DNA from: an uncultured Gemmatimonadales bacterium
GTDB taxonomy: Bacteria > Gemmatimonadota > Gemmatimonadetes > Longimicrobiales > Gaopeijiaceae
Assembly: GCA_963823035.1 (NCBI GenBank)
Contig: CAWGKG010000023.1
Location: 192,001 to 256,000, forward strand
Direction of reading: 5' to 3'
Length of the DNA stretch: 64,000 nt
Shown: positions 54,071 to 62,991 of the stretch, one piece after another
Layout: each line of letters starts with the position of its first letter
Position numbering within the stretch: position 1 is the stretch's first letter
Made by a program: the position numbers and the translations under genes
The notes under the pieces: generated by a model
The model's input: the letters and a program-made list of their open reading frames with translations, nothing else
Database searches by the model: none
What the model was told of the DNA's origin: nothing

Positions 54071-56785
54071 CTACTCCGCGCGGAGCGACTGCATGGGATC
54101 CACGGACGCGGCACGCCGGGCCGGGACGTAGCTGGCGAGGAGCGCCACCACGACCATCACGGCGGACATCACCGCGAAGGTCGGGACGTCCAGCGTGCCC
54201 ACGCCGAACGTCAGGGAGCCGAGGAGGCGCGTGAGGAAGAACGCGGCCAGCAGGCCCACGACGACCCCGGCCAGCGTGATCCTCGCGCCCTGCGCGACGA
54301 CCATGCGGAGGACGCGCCCGCCCTGCGCGCCCAGCGCCATGCGCACGGCGATCTCGTGGGCCCGGTTGGCGACCACGTACGCGAGCACGCCGTACAGACC
54401 CACCGCGCCGAGCGTCAGCGCCAGCCCCGAGGCCAGCGCGAGCATCAGCATCGTGAAGGAGAGGCGAGCCATCGAGCGGTCCGCGAGTGCCTCCATCGTG
54501 AACACGCGGTACATCGGCGACTCCGGCACGTACTGCCGCATCAGCTCCCGGACGTCCGGGGCGATCGCGTCGGCGCGCGGCGTCTTCACCACGTAGGCGG
54601 GTGAGCCGACGGCCCAACGCTTCGGGTGGGGCCCCACCATGGGGAGGTAGACCATCGGGCTGGGGGCCTCCTGTGCCAGGTCGTCCACGAGGATGTCCTC
54701 GACCACGCCCACGACCGTGAGCCAGTTGGTGGTGTCGTTCTCGGCCATGGCGAGCCGGCGTCCGAGCGGGTCTCGCCCGGGCCACAGCTGATTCGCGGCC
54801 GAGGTGCTCACGACCACGTGGGTCGGCCCCACTACGTCGTCGGAGGGGTCGAGGATTCGCCCGGCCAGGAGCGAGATCCCCATCGTCCGGAAGTAGTCCC
54901 CGCCGATGAACGTCATCCGCATGGGAGGCGGTGTCTCGCCGCTGACCACGCTCTCCTCGGTCGCGAAGTGGTTCGTGGCCGCACCCTCGTCGAGCGGGAG
55001 CCAGTTCGTCAGGCCCACGGAGGTGACACCCGGGAGCGCGGCCACGCGCTCCATGAACTGCCGGTGGAACTCCGCGTAGGTCGGCCCGTCGTTCACCTCT
55101 TGGCGTTGGGGCGCCACCTGGAAGGTGAAGACGTTCGCGGCGTCGTAGCCGGGGTCTACGTGGCTGAGCGTCCAGAAGCTGCGCAGCAGCAGTCCGGAGC
55201 CGACCAGGAGCACGAGGGCGGACGCGGTCTGGAGGAGGACCAGCGCGTTCCTGCCGTAGCGGGGGCCGCTCTCGCCGATGCCGCCCACCTGCCGCATGGC
55301 GCCTACGAAGCGGGGGCGAGAGAAGCGGATCGCCGGGGCCAGCCCGAAGGCGACCGCGGTCAGGATCGAGAGCCCGGCGGTGAAGGCGAGCCCGGCGACG
55401 CCCAGCCTCGCGGCGTCGAGGTTGGGGATGTTCTCCGGCGCTACGCGCACGAGGAGCGGAAGCGCGACGCGCGCGATCACGACGCCGCCGAGACCGCCCA
55501 GCGCCGCCAGCAGGAGCGCCTCGGACATCTGGGCGCGCACCAGACCTCCGCGGCCTGCGCCCAGGGCCTGGCGCACCGCGAGGTCGTGCCGGCGCCCTTC
55601 GGCGCGGACCGTGAAGAGGTTGGCGACGTTCGCGCAGGCGATGAGCAGGACGATCCCGACCGTCCCGAGCAGCAGCCACAGGGGCCGGGCGATGTCGCCC
55701 ACCATCTGCTCCTCGAGGGAGCGCACGACGGGACGGTGGTGCTCGATGATCTCGGCGTAACGGGCCGGGCCGCCGAAACGCTCGGGGAGACGCTTCGCGA
55801 GGACGTCGAGCTGCTGGGTGAGCGCCTGGGGGTCGGTACCCGGCTTCACCCGCCCGACCAGGTTGAGGCCGAAGTTGCCGGGTCGAAGCTCACTGGGGTC
55901 GCCGAGCTTCGCGTGCATCCAGGCGGCGACGCGCGCCTCCGGGAAGCGCCACTCCGGCGGCATGACCCCGATGACCGTGCGTTGCCTGCCGGACACCTCG
56001 TAGGAGCGGCCCACCACGGCAGGGTCGCTGCCGAACCACGTCTCCCACAGCCAGTGGCTGATCACCATCACCTGCCCGGAATCGTCCTCGTCCGCGGGAA
56101 GGCGGCCGAGCTCCGGGGTCGCGCCGAGCGTGGTGAAGAGCGTCGAGGTCGCCTGGGCGACGAAGAGCCGGTCGAACTGCTCGTCGCCGCGTACGGTGGT
56201 CTGCCCGACGGCGTACATGCCCAGGTCCTCGAGCAGGTCCGCGCCCTCCCGGTACTGGACGTAGAACTCGGGACCGGGACCGAACTCCTCCGGCATGTCC
56301 GTGCCCGGCGCCGTTGCGCGGATCGAGACGAGCCGATCCGACGCGGGGAAGTCCAGGGGATCGAGCAGGACCGCGTCGACGACGCCGAAGATGGCCGTGT
56401 TGGCGCCGATCGCGAGCGCCAGCGTGAGCACGGTGACGAACGCGAAGCCCGGGGCCCGCCGGAGGGAGCGCGCCGCCTGCGCCACATCCCTCGTCCACCC
56501 TTCGATGATCTGACCCATGTCCCGATTCCCCCCTTGCTGGTATCCACCCGCGTGCTGCCCTGGCCCGCGCGCTCCGCGATAGCGCCTTCCATGGCGCATC
56601 CGCTGACGGAGGAGCGCGATCGTCATGTCCGCGACGCCGCAGGCGGTCAGCGCGTGCGCGACGAGCGGCCCGCGCCGCGCGATGCGGCAACCGTGCACTT
56701 CGTTGAGGTCGCCGATGGCGTCTTCGGCGCGATCCGGGAGCGCCACGAGCCGGAGGAGCGCCGCCTCCCAGCGCGGTATCGTCAA
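54071..56785 (-). CDS. Duplicated MacB/FtsX ABC permease (ADOP type)
   Basis: TLALAIGANTAIF, LLIACANVANL, EIAVRMALGA, VDPMQSLRAE. Confidence 0.93.
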   Translation of the reverse strand: MTIPRWEAALLRLVALPDRAEDAIGDLNEVHGCRIARRGPLVAHALTACGVADMTIALLRQRMRHGRRYRGARGPGQHAGGYQQGGNRDMGQIIEGWTRDVAQAARSLRRAPGFAFVTVLTLALAIGANTAIFGVVDAVLLDPLDFPASDRLVSIRATAPGTDMPEEFGPGPEFYVQYREGADLLEDLGMYAVGQTTVRGDEQFDRLFVAQATSTLFTTLGATPELGRLPADEDDSGQVMVISHWLWETWFGSDPAVVGRSYEVSGRQRTVIGVMPPEWRFPEARVAAWMHAKLGDPSELRPGNFGLNLVGRVKPGTDPQALTQQLDVLAKRLPERFGGPARYAEIIEHHRPVVRSLEEQMVGDIARPLWLLLGTVGIVLLIACANVANLFTVRAEGRRHDLAVRQALGAGRGGLVRAQMSEALLLAALGGLGGVVIARVALPLLVRVAPENIPNLDAARLGVAGLAFTAGLSILTAVAFGLAPAIRFSRPRFVGAMRQVGGIGESGPRYGRNALVLLQTASALVLLVGSGLLLRSFWTLSHVDPGYDAANVFTFQVAPQRQEVNDGPTYAEFHRQFMERVAALPGVTSVGLTNWLPLDEGAATNHFATEESVVSGETPPPMRMTFIGGDYFRTMGISLLAGRILDPSDDVVGPTHVVVSTSAANQLWPGRDPLGRRLAMAENDTTNWLTVVGVVEDILVDDLAQEAPSPMVYLPMVGPHPKRWAVGSPAYVVKTPRADAIAPDVRELMRQYVPESPMYRVFTMEALADRSMARLSFTMLMLALASGLALTLGAVGLYGVLAYVVANRAHEIAVRMALGAQGGRVLRMVVAQGARITLAGVVVGLLAAFFLTRLLGSLTFGVGTLDVPTFAVMSAVMVVVALLASYVPARRAASVDPMQSLRAE

Positions 56786-57117
56786 ACCGCGCCCCCCAAG
56801 GCGTCCTCCAGGCCGGCGGCCAGGGCGCGGATCGCGCCCGTCGTGGCACGCGCGGCGGCGATTCCCTCGGGCTCGACCTTCACGAGGCGTCGCGGCTTGC
56901 CGCCCCGCTCCGGGCGGGGATCCCCCAGACGGGTCGTGACGAGCCGTTTCTCCTCGAGGCGCTGCAGCGTGGTGTGGACGTTCGCCCGGCGCACGGACCG
57001 TCCGGCCCTGCCCTCGATCACGTCCGCGATCGAGACGGTATAGGCCTCATCGGGTCCGAGGCGGAGCGCGGCCAGGATCACCAGAAGCTCGAACTCGGCG
57101 AGCGAATCGCGCGTCAT
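56782..57117 (-). CDS. PadR-family regulator
   Basis: LAEFELLVILAAL, TTLQRLEEK, PERGGKPRR. Confidence 0.9.
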   Translation of the reverse strand: MTRDSLAEFELLVILAALRLGPDEAYTVSIADVIEGRAGRSVRRANVHTTLQRLEEKRLVTTRLGDPRPERGGKPRRLVKVEPEGIAAARATTGAIRALAAGLEDALGGAV

Positions 57118-57212
57118 CGGCACCCCATAAAAGTTGGATTGTGACTATATGGCCCCGGCCGAAGGGTACGTCAAGGATCGGCGAACCGACGTACCCCTGA
57201 AGGTGCACGGAG

Positions 57213-57241
57213 CGATGTCCAGTTCCGTCCCCCTCCGACGC
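57213..57241 (+). promoter_or_regulatory. Candidate ECF promoter, copy 1
   Basis: CGATGTCCAG-TTC-CGTCC-CCCTC-CGACGC, shared with 61299-61327. Confidence 0.55.
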
Positions 57242-57295
57242 TGACTGGTTCGGAACCGACAGCCTCCCCTGTCCACTCGTCTCCGGAGGGATCCC

Positions 57296-57811
57296 ATGAA
57301 CACGCAGGTCGCGACCTCGAAGCCCATCAAGATCCTCACGCTCCAGGCCAACGCCGATGCGCGGGTGCAGGGCAGCACCAGCGACAACCTCGGAGCGGGA
57401 GACCTCATCCTCGGCCTGCAGGACAAGGTCGCCTTCGCCCACTTCGACCTGAGCGAGCTCCCGGCGAGCGCCGTCATCAACTCCGCCGAGCTGACGCTCT
57501 CCTTCCGGGACGACGGCCTGGGTACGAACGACGTCGAGGTCGGCGTGGTGCACGGACGGTGGAGGCAGGCCGGCCTCACCGCCGCCAACCAGCCGAGGGT
57601 CAACTGGCGCGGGTACACCCGGACGGTGACCGGTGGCGCCTCCGTCACCTGGGACGTCAAGAACGTGGTGGCCGGCTGGGCGAGCGACGACCGGGCCAAT
57701 CTCGGGTTCGCCTTCCGCGGCGACGGGCCCCTCAAGCGGGCCTACTCGCGCGAGACCGCCGCGTCGCCGGGTAGCGCGCCGACGCTCCGCATCCGCTACA
57801 TCGAGCCCTGA
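57296..57811 (+). CDS. Stand-alone DNRLRE-like domain protein
   Basis: ADARV, FDLSELPASAVINSAELTL, NQP, WDVKNVV, SRE...PTLRIRY; RBS GGAGG. Confidence 0.75.
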   Translation: MNTQVATSKPIKILTLQANADARVQGSTSDNLGAGDLILGLQDKVAFAHFDLSELPASAVINSAELTLSFRDDGLGTNDVEVGVVHGRWRQAGLTAANQPRVNWRGYTRTVTGGASVTWDVKNVVAGWASDDRANLGFAFRGDGPLKRAYSRETAASPGSAPTLRIRYIEP

Positions 57812-57930
57812 CCTACGCTGGAACGGCTACGCACGGCGGCCGGAGGCTCCGGATGACGGCTCCCGACTCCTTCTCCCGCGACGATGCCCCCGTCGGCCCG
57901 AATCCGGGTCGGCGGGGCTCGGTCGCCTCT

Positions 57931-58518
57931 TCAGTCGAGCGTCTCGAGCACGGACACGTCGGGTTCGATCTCCTTGCGGAGCCACGCCCGGGCGAGGAGC
58001 CAGTCGCGCTGGACCGTCTTGAGGGAGACCCCGAGGCTGGCCGCCGTCTCCTCGAGCGTGAGCCCCCCGAAGAACCGACGCTCGACCACCTGGGCAGCTC
58101 GCTCGTCGACGGCGGCGAGCCGGGTAAGCGCATCGTCGAGAGCCATGAGCTCCGTCGCCGACTGCTCCGTCATCAGGGCCTGGATCTCCTCCAGGGGAGC
58201 GGCGATCTGGCCGGAGCCCCGCTTGATCCGCCGGCGCGCGCGGGCGTGGTCGATGAGGATGCGGCGCATGGCCTGGGACGCGACCGCGAGGAACTCGCCG
58301 CGGTCCTCGGCGACCAGTCGCTCGCGGTCGACGAGCCGGACATACGCCTCGTGGACCAGCGCGGTGGCGCCCAGCGTATGGCCGATCGCCTCCCGAGCGA
58401 GCTGGGATCTGGCGACGACCTTAAGCTCGTCGTAGATGAAGGGGAAGAGTTGGTCCAGGGCATCGCGCTCGCCGGCGCGAAGCCGGGCGAGACAGGTGGA
58501 GATCGGGCCGCTCGTCAT
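57931..58518 (-). CDS. ECF sigma factor, kinase-associated type
   Basis: IYDELK, HTLGATALVHEAY, MRRILIDHAR, TVQRDWLLARAWL. Confidence 0.92.
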   Translation of the reverse strand: MTSGPISTCLARLRAGERDALDQLFPFIYDELKVVARSQLAREAIGHTLGATALVHEAYVRLVDRERLVAEDRGEFLAVASQAMRRILIDHARARRRIKRGSGQIAAPLEEIQALMTEQSATELMALDDALTRLAAVDERAAQVVERRFFGGLTLEETAASLGVSLKTVQRDWLLARAWLRKEIEPDVSVLETLD

Positions 58519-58583
58519 CGATGGTCCCCCCTGTTGATGCCTCGCTACAGGTACACGGCGCTTCTCAAGCAGGCAAGGTGACC

Positions 58584-61262
58584 ATGGAGCGCCATACCTG
58601 GGCTCGTCTCGAGGAGGTCTTCTTCCAGGCCCTCGAGCTCCCGCTCGCTGACCGACCCGCGTTTCTGGACCGGATCTGCGGTGACGACGCGGCATTCCGG
58701 CGCGAGATCGATGCGGTGCTGTCCGGACACTACCGTGCGGGGGGCACGCAGGACGCCCTCGGCCTGCTGCCATCGGTCACGGACGCCGCCGCCGGCGCCT
58801 CGTCTCCGGGAACGCGCATCGGCGTCTACGAGCTGGAGGTCCTGATCGGGCGTGGGGGGATGGGAGAGGTGTACCGCGCCCACCGCGCCGACGACCTCTA
58901 CCAGCAGCAGGTCGCCATCAAGCTGATGCGCCCCGGGCGGGACAGCGTCGAGCTCATGCGGCGGTTCCGGACCGAGCGACAGATCCTGGCACGCCTTCAG
59001 CATCCGGGCATCGCCACCCTCCTGGACGGGGGCGTCACCGAGCTCGGTCGGCCGTACCTGGTCATGCAGTACGTGGACGGGACGGCGATCACGACCTATG
59101 CCCGCGAGCGCGACCTGGGGCTCGACGCCCGCCTCCGGTTGTTCCTCGCGGTGTGCGACGCGGTGCACCATGCGCATGCCAACCTGGTGATCCACCGCGA
59201 TCTCAAGCCGAGCAACATCCTGGTCACGACCGATGGCGACGTACGCCTGCTCGACTTCGGGATCGCGAAGCTGCTCGATCACGACTCGCTGGTCGAGACC
59301 CCGACCGGCGACCTCCTGCTCCTCACCCCCGAGCACGCCGCACCCGAGCAGTTCCTCGGCTCGCCCTCGACCACGGCGACCGACGGCTACGCCCTCGGCG
59401 TACTCCTGTACGAGCTGCTCACCGGATCGAGACCCTTCCAGCTCGTGCCCGCCCCGGAACTCCACCGGGCCGTGTGCGAGGTGGAGCCCGACCAGCCCAG
59501 CCGGGCGGCGAAGGAGCGCGCCCGGCTCGCCGCGGTCGGCCTGGATCGTCCGCCGGTCGCACCGGAGCGGATCGCCGGCGACCTGGACAGCATCGTCCTG
59601 AAGGCGCTGCGCAAGGACCCCGAGCGCCGATTCCATTCGGTGGCCGACCTGGCCGACGACGTGCGCCGTCATCTCGCCGGATTCCCCGTACGGGCCCGCC
59701 CCGAGTCGCTCCGCTACGTGGCCAGTCGGTTCGTCAGGCGGCACCGCGTCGGGGTCACGGCCTCCGGCGCGCTGCTGCTCGCCCTGCTGGCGCTCGCGGC
59801 GGTATCCGTCCAGTTCGGCGTCACCAGCCGGGCCCAGGCCCGCACCATCGCCGAGGAGCGGGACGTGGCCCTCGAGGTCTCCGGCTTTCTGGAGACACTG
59901 TTCGCGTCGGCCGATCCGTTCGGTGCCGACGCCGGTCGCATGGACACCCTGCGCGTACGCGACATCCTCGACGACGGCGTCCGGAAGGCGCGCGCCGAGC
60001 TCGCCGACCGCCCGGCGGTGCAGGCGCGCCTGATGACGGTGATGGGGAAGGCGCAGGCCAATCTCGGTCGGCTCGACGTCGCGACCACGATTCTCGAGGA
60101 GGCCCTTCGGATCCGCGCGGCCGAACTCGGCACCCCCCCGCTCGACCTGGCCGCGACGCAGCGGGCGCTCGGCGAAGTGCTCTGGCAGACGGGCCAGGAC
60201 GAGGCGGCCGAGAACCTGTTCCGCACCGCCGTCACGACACTGCCGCCGGACTCCGCGAATCGAAGCGAGCGATCGAAGATCCTGAATGCCCTGGGCAACG
60301 CGCTTCAGCGGCAGGGGCGGTTCGCGGACGCGGAGGCCGCGTACCGGGAAGCGCTCGAGTTGGGCGAGGCGGTTTCCGGACCGGACGACGCGGAGCTCGC
60401 TTCGCTGGTGAGCAACGTCGCGACGGCGGTCGCGGCCCAATCCCGCCGCGATGAAGCCGACAGCCTGTTCCAGCGTGCGATCGCGCTCGCCCGGAGCGGC
60501 GTGGCGGTCGACCATCCGCGCGTCGCCGCTCTGCTCGGCGCCCGGGCCAACCTGAAAGCCGCGCAGGGCCAGCTCGACGCGTCGATCCGCCTGCATGAGG
60601 AGGGGCTCGGGATCCTTCGGGCCAACCTACCGACTCCGCATCCGCGCACCGCGTCGGCCCTCAACAACCTGGCCGCCGCCCACCAGCGGCGCGGCGACCT
60701 GGTGGCGGCCGAGAGCCTGTTCACCGAAGCCCTCGCGATGCAGGCGGCCCTCCCGGGTGACCGCCGCCGTCCCGTGGCGGAGACGATGTTCAATCTGGCC
60801 CAGGTGATGGGTGACCGCGGACGGGTCGACGAGGCCCTGGCCCGCAAGCGGGAGGCCGTGGGACTCCTCACGGAGGTGATCGGTCCGGATCACCCGACGC
60901 TGGCGACGATGGAGAACAGCATCGGTCGCTCGCTGCATCAGCTCGGCCGTCACGAGGAGGCGACGGTGGCGTTCCGGGACGCGCTGAGAATCCGGCTCGC
61001 GGCGCTCGGCGACGCGCATCCGTGGACCGCCCAGGTGCGGCTCGGGCTGGGCGCGTGCCTGATCGATCTGCACCGCTACGCCGACGCCGAGGTCCCCTTG
61101 CTCGACGCCTACCGGTCTCTCGAGCCGCGCCGTGCCGAGGAGGCCCGCTACTGGGACGGCGTGCTCGAGCAGCTCGGGCGCCTCTATCGCGCCATGGGCC
61201 GCCCGGCCGAAGCGAAGCACTACGAGGATCTCCGGGTCGCCGCCGCCCCCGCCGGGCGGTAG
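58584..61262 (+). CDS. Membrane Ser/Thr protein kinase with C-terminal TPRs
   Basis: GRGGMGEVY, VAIK, HRDLKPSN, DFG, APE; one TM; TPR array. Confidence 0.95.
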   Translation: MERHTWARLEEVFFQALELPLADRPAFLDRICGDDAAFRREIDAVLSGHYRAGGTQDALGLLPSVTDAAAGASSPGTRIGVYELEVLIGRGGMGEVYRAHRADDLYQQQVAIKLMRPGRDSVELMRRFRTERQILARLQHPGIATLLDGGVTELGRPYLVMQYVDGTAITTYARERDLGLDARLRLFLAVCDAVHHAHANLVIHRDLKPSNILVTTDGDVRLLDFGIAKLLDHDSLVETPTGDLLLLTPEHAAPEQFLGSPSTTATDGYALGVLLYELLTGSRPFQLVPAPELHRAVCEVEPDQPSRAAKERARLAAVGLDRPPVAPERIAGDLDSIVLKALRKDPERRFHSVADLADDVRRHLAGFPVRARPESLRYVASRFVRRHRVGVTASGALLLALLALAAVSVQFGVTSRAQARTIAEERDVALEVSGFLETLFASADPFGADAGRMDTLRVRDILDDGVRKARAELADRPAVQARLMTVMGKAQANLGRLDVATTILEEALRIRAAELGTPPLDLAATQRALGEVLWQTGQDEAAENLFRTAVTTLPPDSANRSERSKILNALGNALQRQGRFADAEAAYREALELGEAVSGPDDAELASLVSNVATAVAAQSRRDEADSLFQRAIALARSGVAVDHPRVAALLGARANLKAAQGQLDASIRLHEEGLGILRANLPTPHPRTASALNNLAAAHQRRGDLVAAESLFTEALAMQAALPGDRRRPVAETMFNLAQVMGDRGRVDEALARKREAVGLLTEVIGPDHPTLATMENSIGRSLHQLGRHEEATVAFRDALRIRLAALGDAHPWTAQVRLGLGACLIDLHRYADAEVPLLDAYRSLEPRRAEEARYWDGVLEQLGRLYRAMGRPAEAKHYEDLRVAAAPAGR

Positions 61263-61298
61263 CACCGGTTCGCCTCGCCGGCGGTCTCGACGCCGACT

Positions 61299-61327
61299 CG
61301 ATGTCCAGATTCGTCCGGAAACGACGC
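61299..61327 (+). promoter_or_regulatory. Candidate ECF promoter, copy 2
   Basis: CGATGTCCAG-ATT-CGTCC-GGAAA-CGACGC. Confidence 0.55.
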
Positions 61328-61402
61328 CGGGTTGGTAGGTGCCATCGATCCGGAGCGTACCATGTCGCCGACGAAGCCACTGCCCCACGCCGGGGTGTCG
61401 CC

Positions 61403-61798
61403 ATGAGCCAGACGCTGGCCGCCTCCCCCTCCACCCTCTGGCTGGTGCGTCCGATCGTGCTGGCGATCGCGCTGTCGGTCCTCTCCGGCATGGGGGACGC
61501 CTACGGCTTCGTCCACGCATCGAGGATCTGGCGTCAGGAGCTCGTCGTCTGGGGCGAGATGGGCCGGTCCGCGCTCGGCTTCTCGGTCGGGACCGCCCTC
61601 CAGTGGCTCGCGATCCGCTACCTCCGCCAGGTCGGGATCAGCATCGCCGAGGTGCAGACGCTGGTGTTGTTCGCGGCCACGATGATCGGGATCGCGCTCC
61701 TCAATCGGAGCATCTTCGCGTGGGCCTCGGTCGACCGGGCGGTCGCCGCGGTCGTGGTGTTCGGGCTGGCCTGGCTGACCGTCCGGACCGGCCCGTGA
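61403..61798 (+). CDS. Small 4-TM membrane protein (SMR/DMT-like size)
   Basis: 131 aa, four hydrophobic segments. Confidence 0.7.
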   Translation: MSQTLAASPSTLWLVRPIVLAIALSVLSGMGDAYGFVHASRIWRQELVVWGEMGRSALGFSVGTALQWLAIRYLRQVGISIAEVQTLVLFAATMIGIALLNRSIFAWASVDRAVAAVVVFGLAWLTVRTGP

Positions 61799-61883
61799 CG
61801 CGGTGCGGATCGCGCCGTCACGATCTTGTGCGCCCCTCCCCGGCGTACCACCATCCGGCGGACATCCTCGAACCGATCCGCCC

Positions 61884-62978
61884 ATGCGCCGCCTGCCGAC
61901 GATCCTCTCCGCCCTGCTCCTCATCGCCGCTCCGGCTACGCTGAGCGGCCAGGCCATCGACACCGCGTTCGCGCGTCGCTTCGGCGAGCTGGCCCTCGCA
62001 TGCGTGCACCAGGAGTACCCGAACCAGATCTCCCACGTGATGCAGAGCGACGCCGACGCGCTCCCACCGCGGGAGCTCACGCCGGCGTTCTACGGTTGCT
62101 ACGACTGGCACTCCTCCGTGCACGGCCACTGGTTGCTGGCCCGCCTCGCGCGCCTGGCGCCCGGCACGGAGCTGGCCCGGAGGGCCCGGGCGGCGCTGGA
62201 CCAGAGCCTGACGCCGGAGCACATCACGGTGGAGGTGCGTTACCTGGAGGGCGAGGGGCGGGCGCACTTCGAGCGGCCCTATGGACTGGCGTGGCTGCTC
62301 CAGCTCACGGCGGAGCTGCGGGAGTGGGACGATCCGCAGGCGCGCCGGTGGAGCCAGGCTCTCGAGCCCCTCGAGCGGGCCGTCGTCGACCGGCTGTCCG
62401 ACTGGATGCCGAAGCTCACGAACCCGATCCGCACGGGTGAGCACGCGCAGACAGCGTTCGCCTTCGGGCTGATCCGCGATCGGGCGGCAGGCGCAGGCGA
62501 CGATGCGATGCTCCGACTCGTGGACGAGCGCGTGCGCACGCTCTATCTCTCCGACCGCGCCTGCCCCATGGCCTACGAGCCCTCAGGACAGGACTTCCTC
62601 TCGCCCTGCCTCGCGGAGGCCGACCTGGTCCGGCGCACGCTCGCGCCCCGGGAGTTCGCCGCCTGGCTCGGCGCCTTCCTTCCGGAGCTGCCCCGGTCGG
62701 ACGACGGCGGCGGCGCGTGGCTGCCCCCGGCCGAGGTCGTCGACCGGGAGGATCCCAAGCTCGCGCACCTGGACGGGCTGAACCTGAGCCGGGCTTGGAT
62801 GCTCGAAGGGATCGCGGCGGGCCTCCCCGCGGACGACCCACGGCTCCCCTCGCTCCGTGCCGCGGCTCGAGCCCACCGCGACGCCGGCCTCGCCGCGGTG
62901 ACCGGCGAGCACTACGTGGGAGGGCATTGGCTGGGCAGCTTCGCCATGTATCTGGTGACGCGGCGCGGCCTCCCCTGA
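61884..62978 (+). CDS. DUF2891 family secreted protein
   Basis: PAFYGCYDWHSSVHGHW, FERPYGLAW, HLDGLNLSRAW, HWLGSFA. Confidence 0.88.
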   Translation: MRRLPTILSALLLIAAPATLSGQAIDTAFARRFGELALACVHQEYPNQISHVMQSDADALPPRELTPAFYGCYDWHSSVHGHWLLARLARLAPGTELARRARAALDQSLTPEHITVEVRYLEGEGRAHFERPYGLAWLLQLTAELREWDDPQARRWSQALEPLERAVVDRLSDWMPKLTNPIRTGEHAQTAFAFGLIRDRAAGAGDDAMLRLVDERVRTLYLSDRACPMAYEPSGQDFLSPCLAEADLVRRTLAPREFAAWLGAFLPELPRSDDGGGAWLPPAEVVDREDPKLAHLDGLNLSRAWMLEGIAAGLPADDPRLPSLRAAARAHRDAGLAAVTGEHYVGGHWLGSFAMYLVTRRGLP

Positions 62979-62991
62979 GCCGGACCGACCG

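Noticed and set aside
59320..59400. Kinase as pseudokinase (TPEHAAPE, DGYALG variants)
   Set aside because: Gly loop, VAIK, HRD and DFG are all intact.
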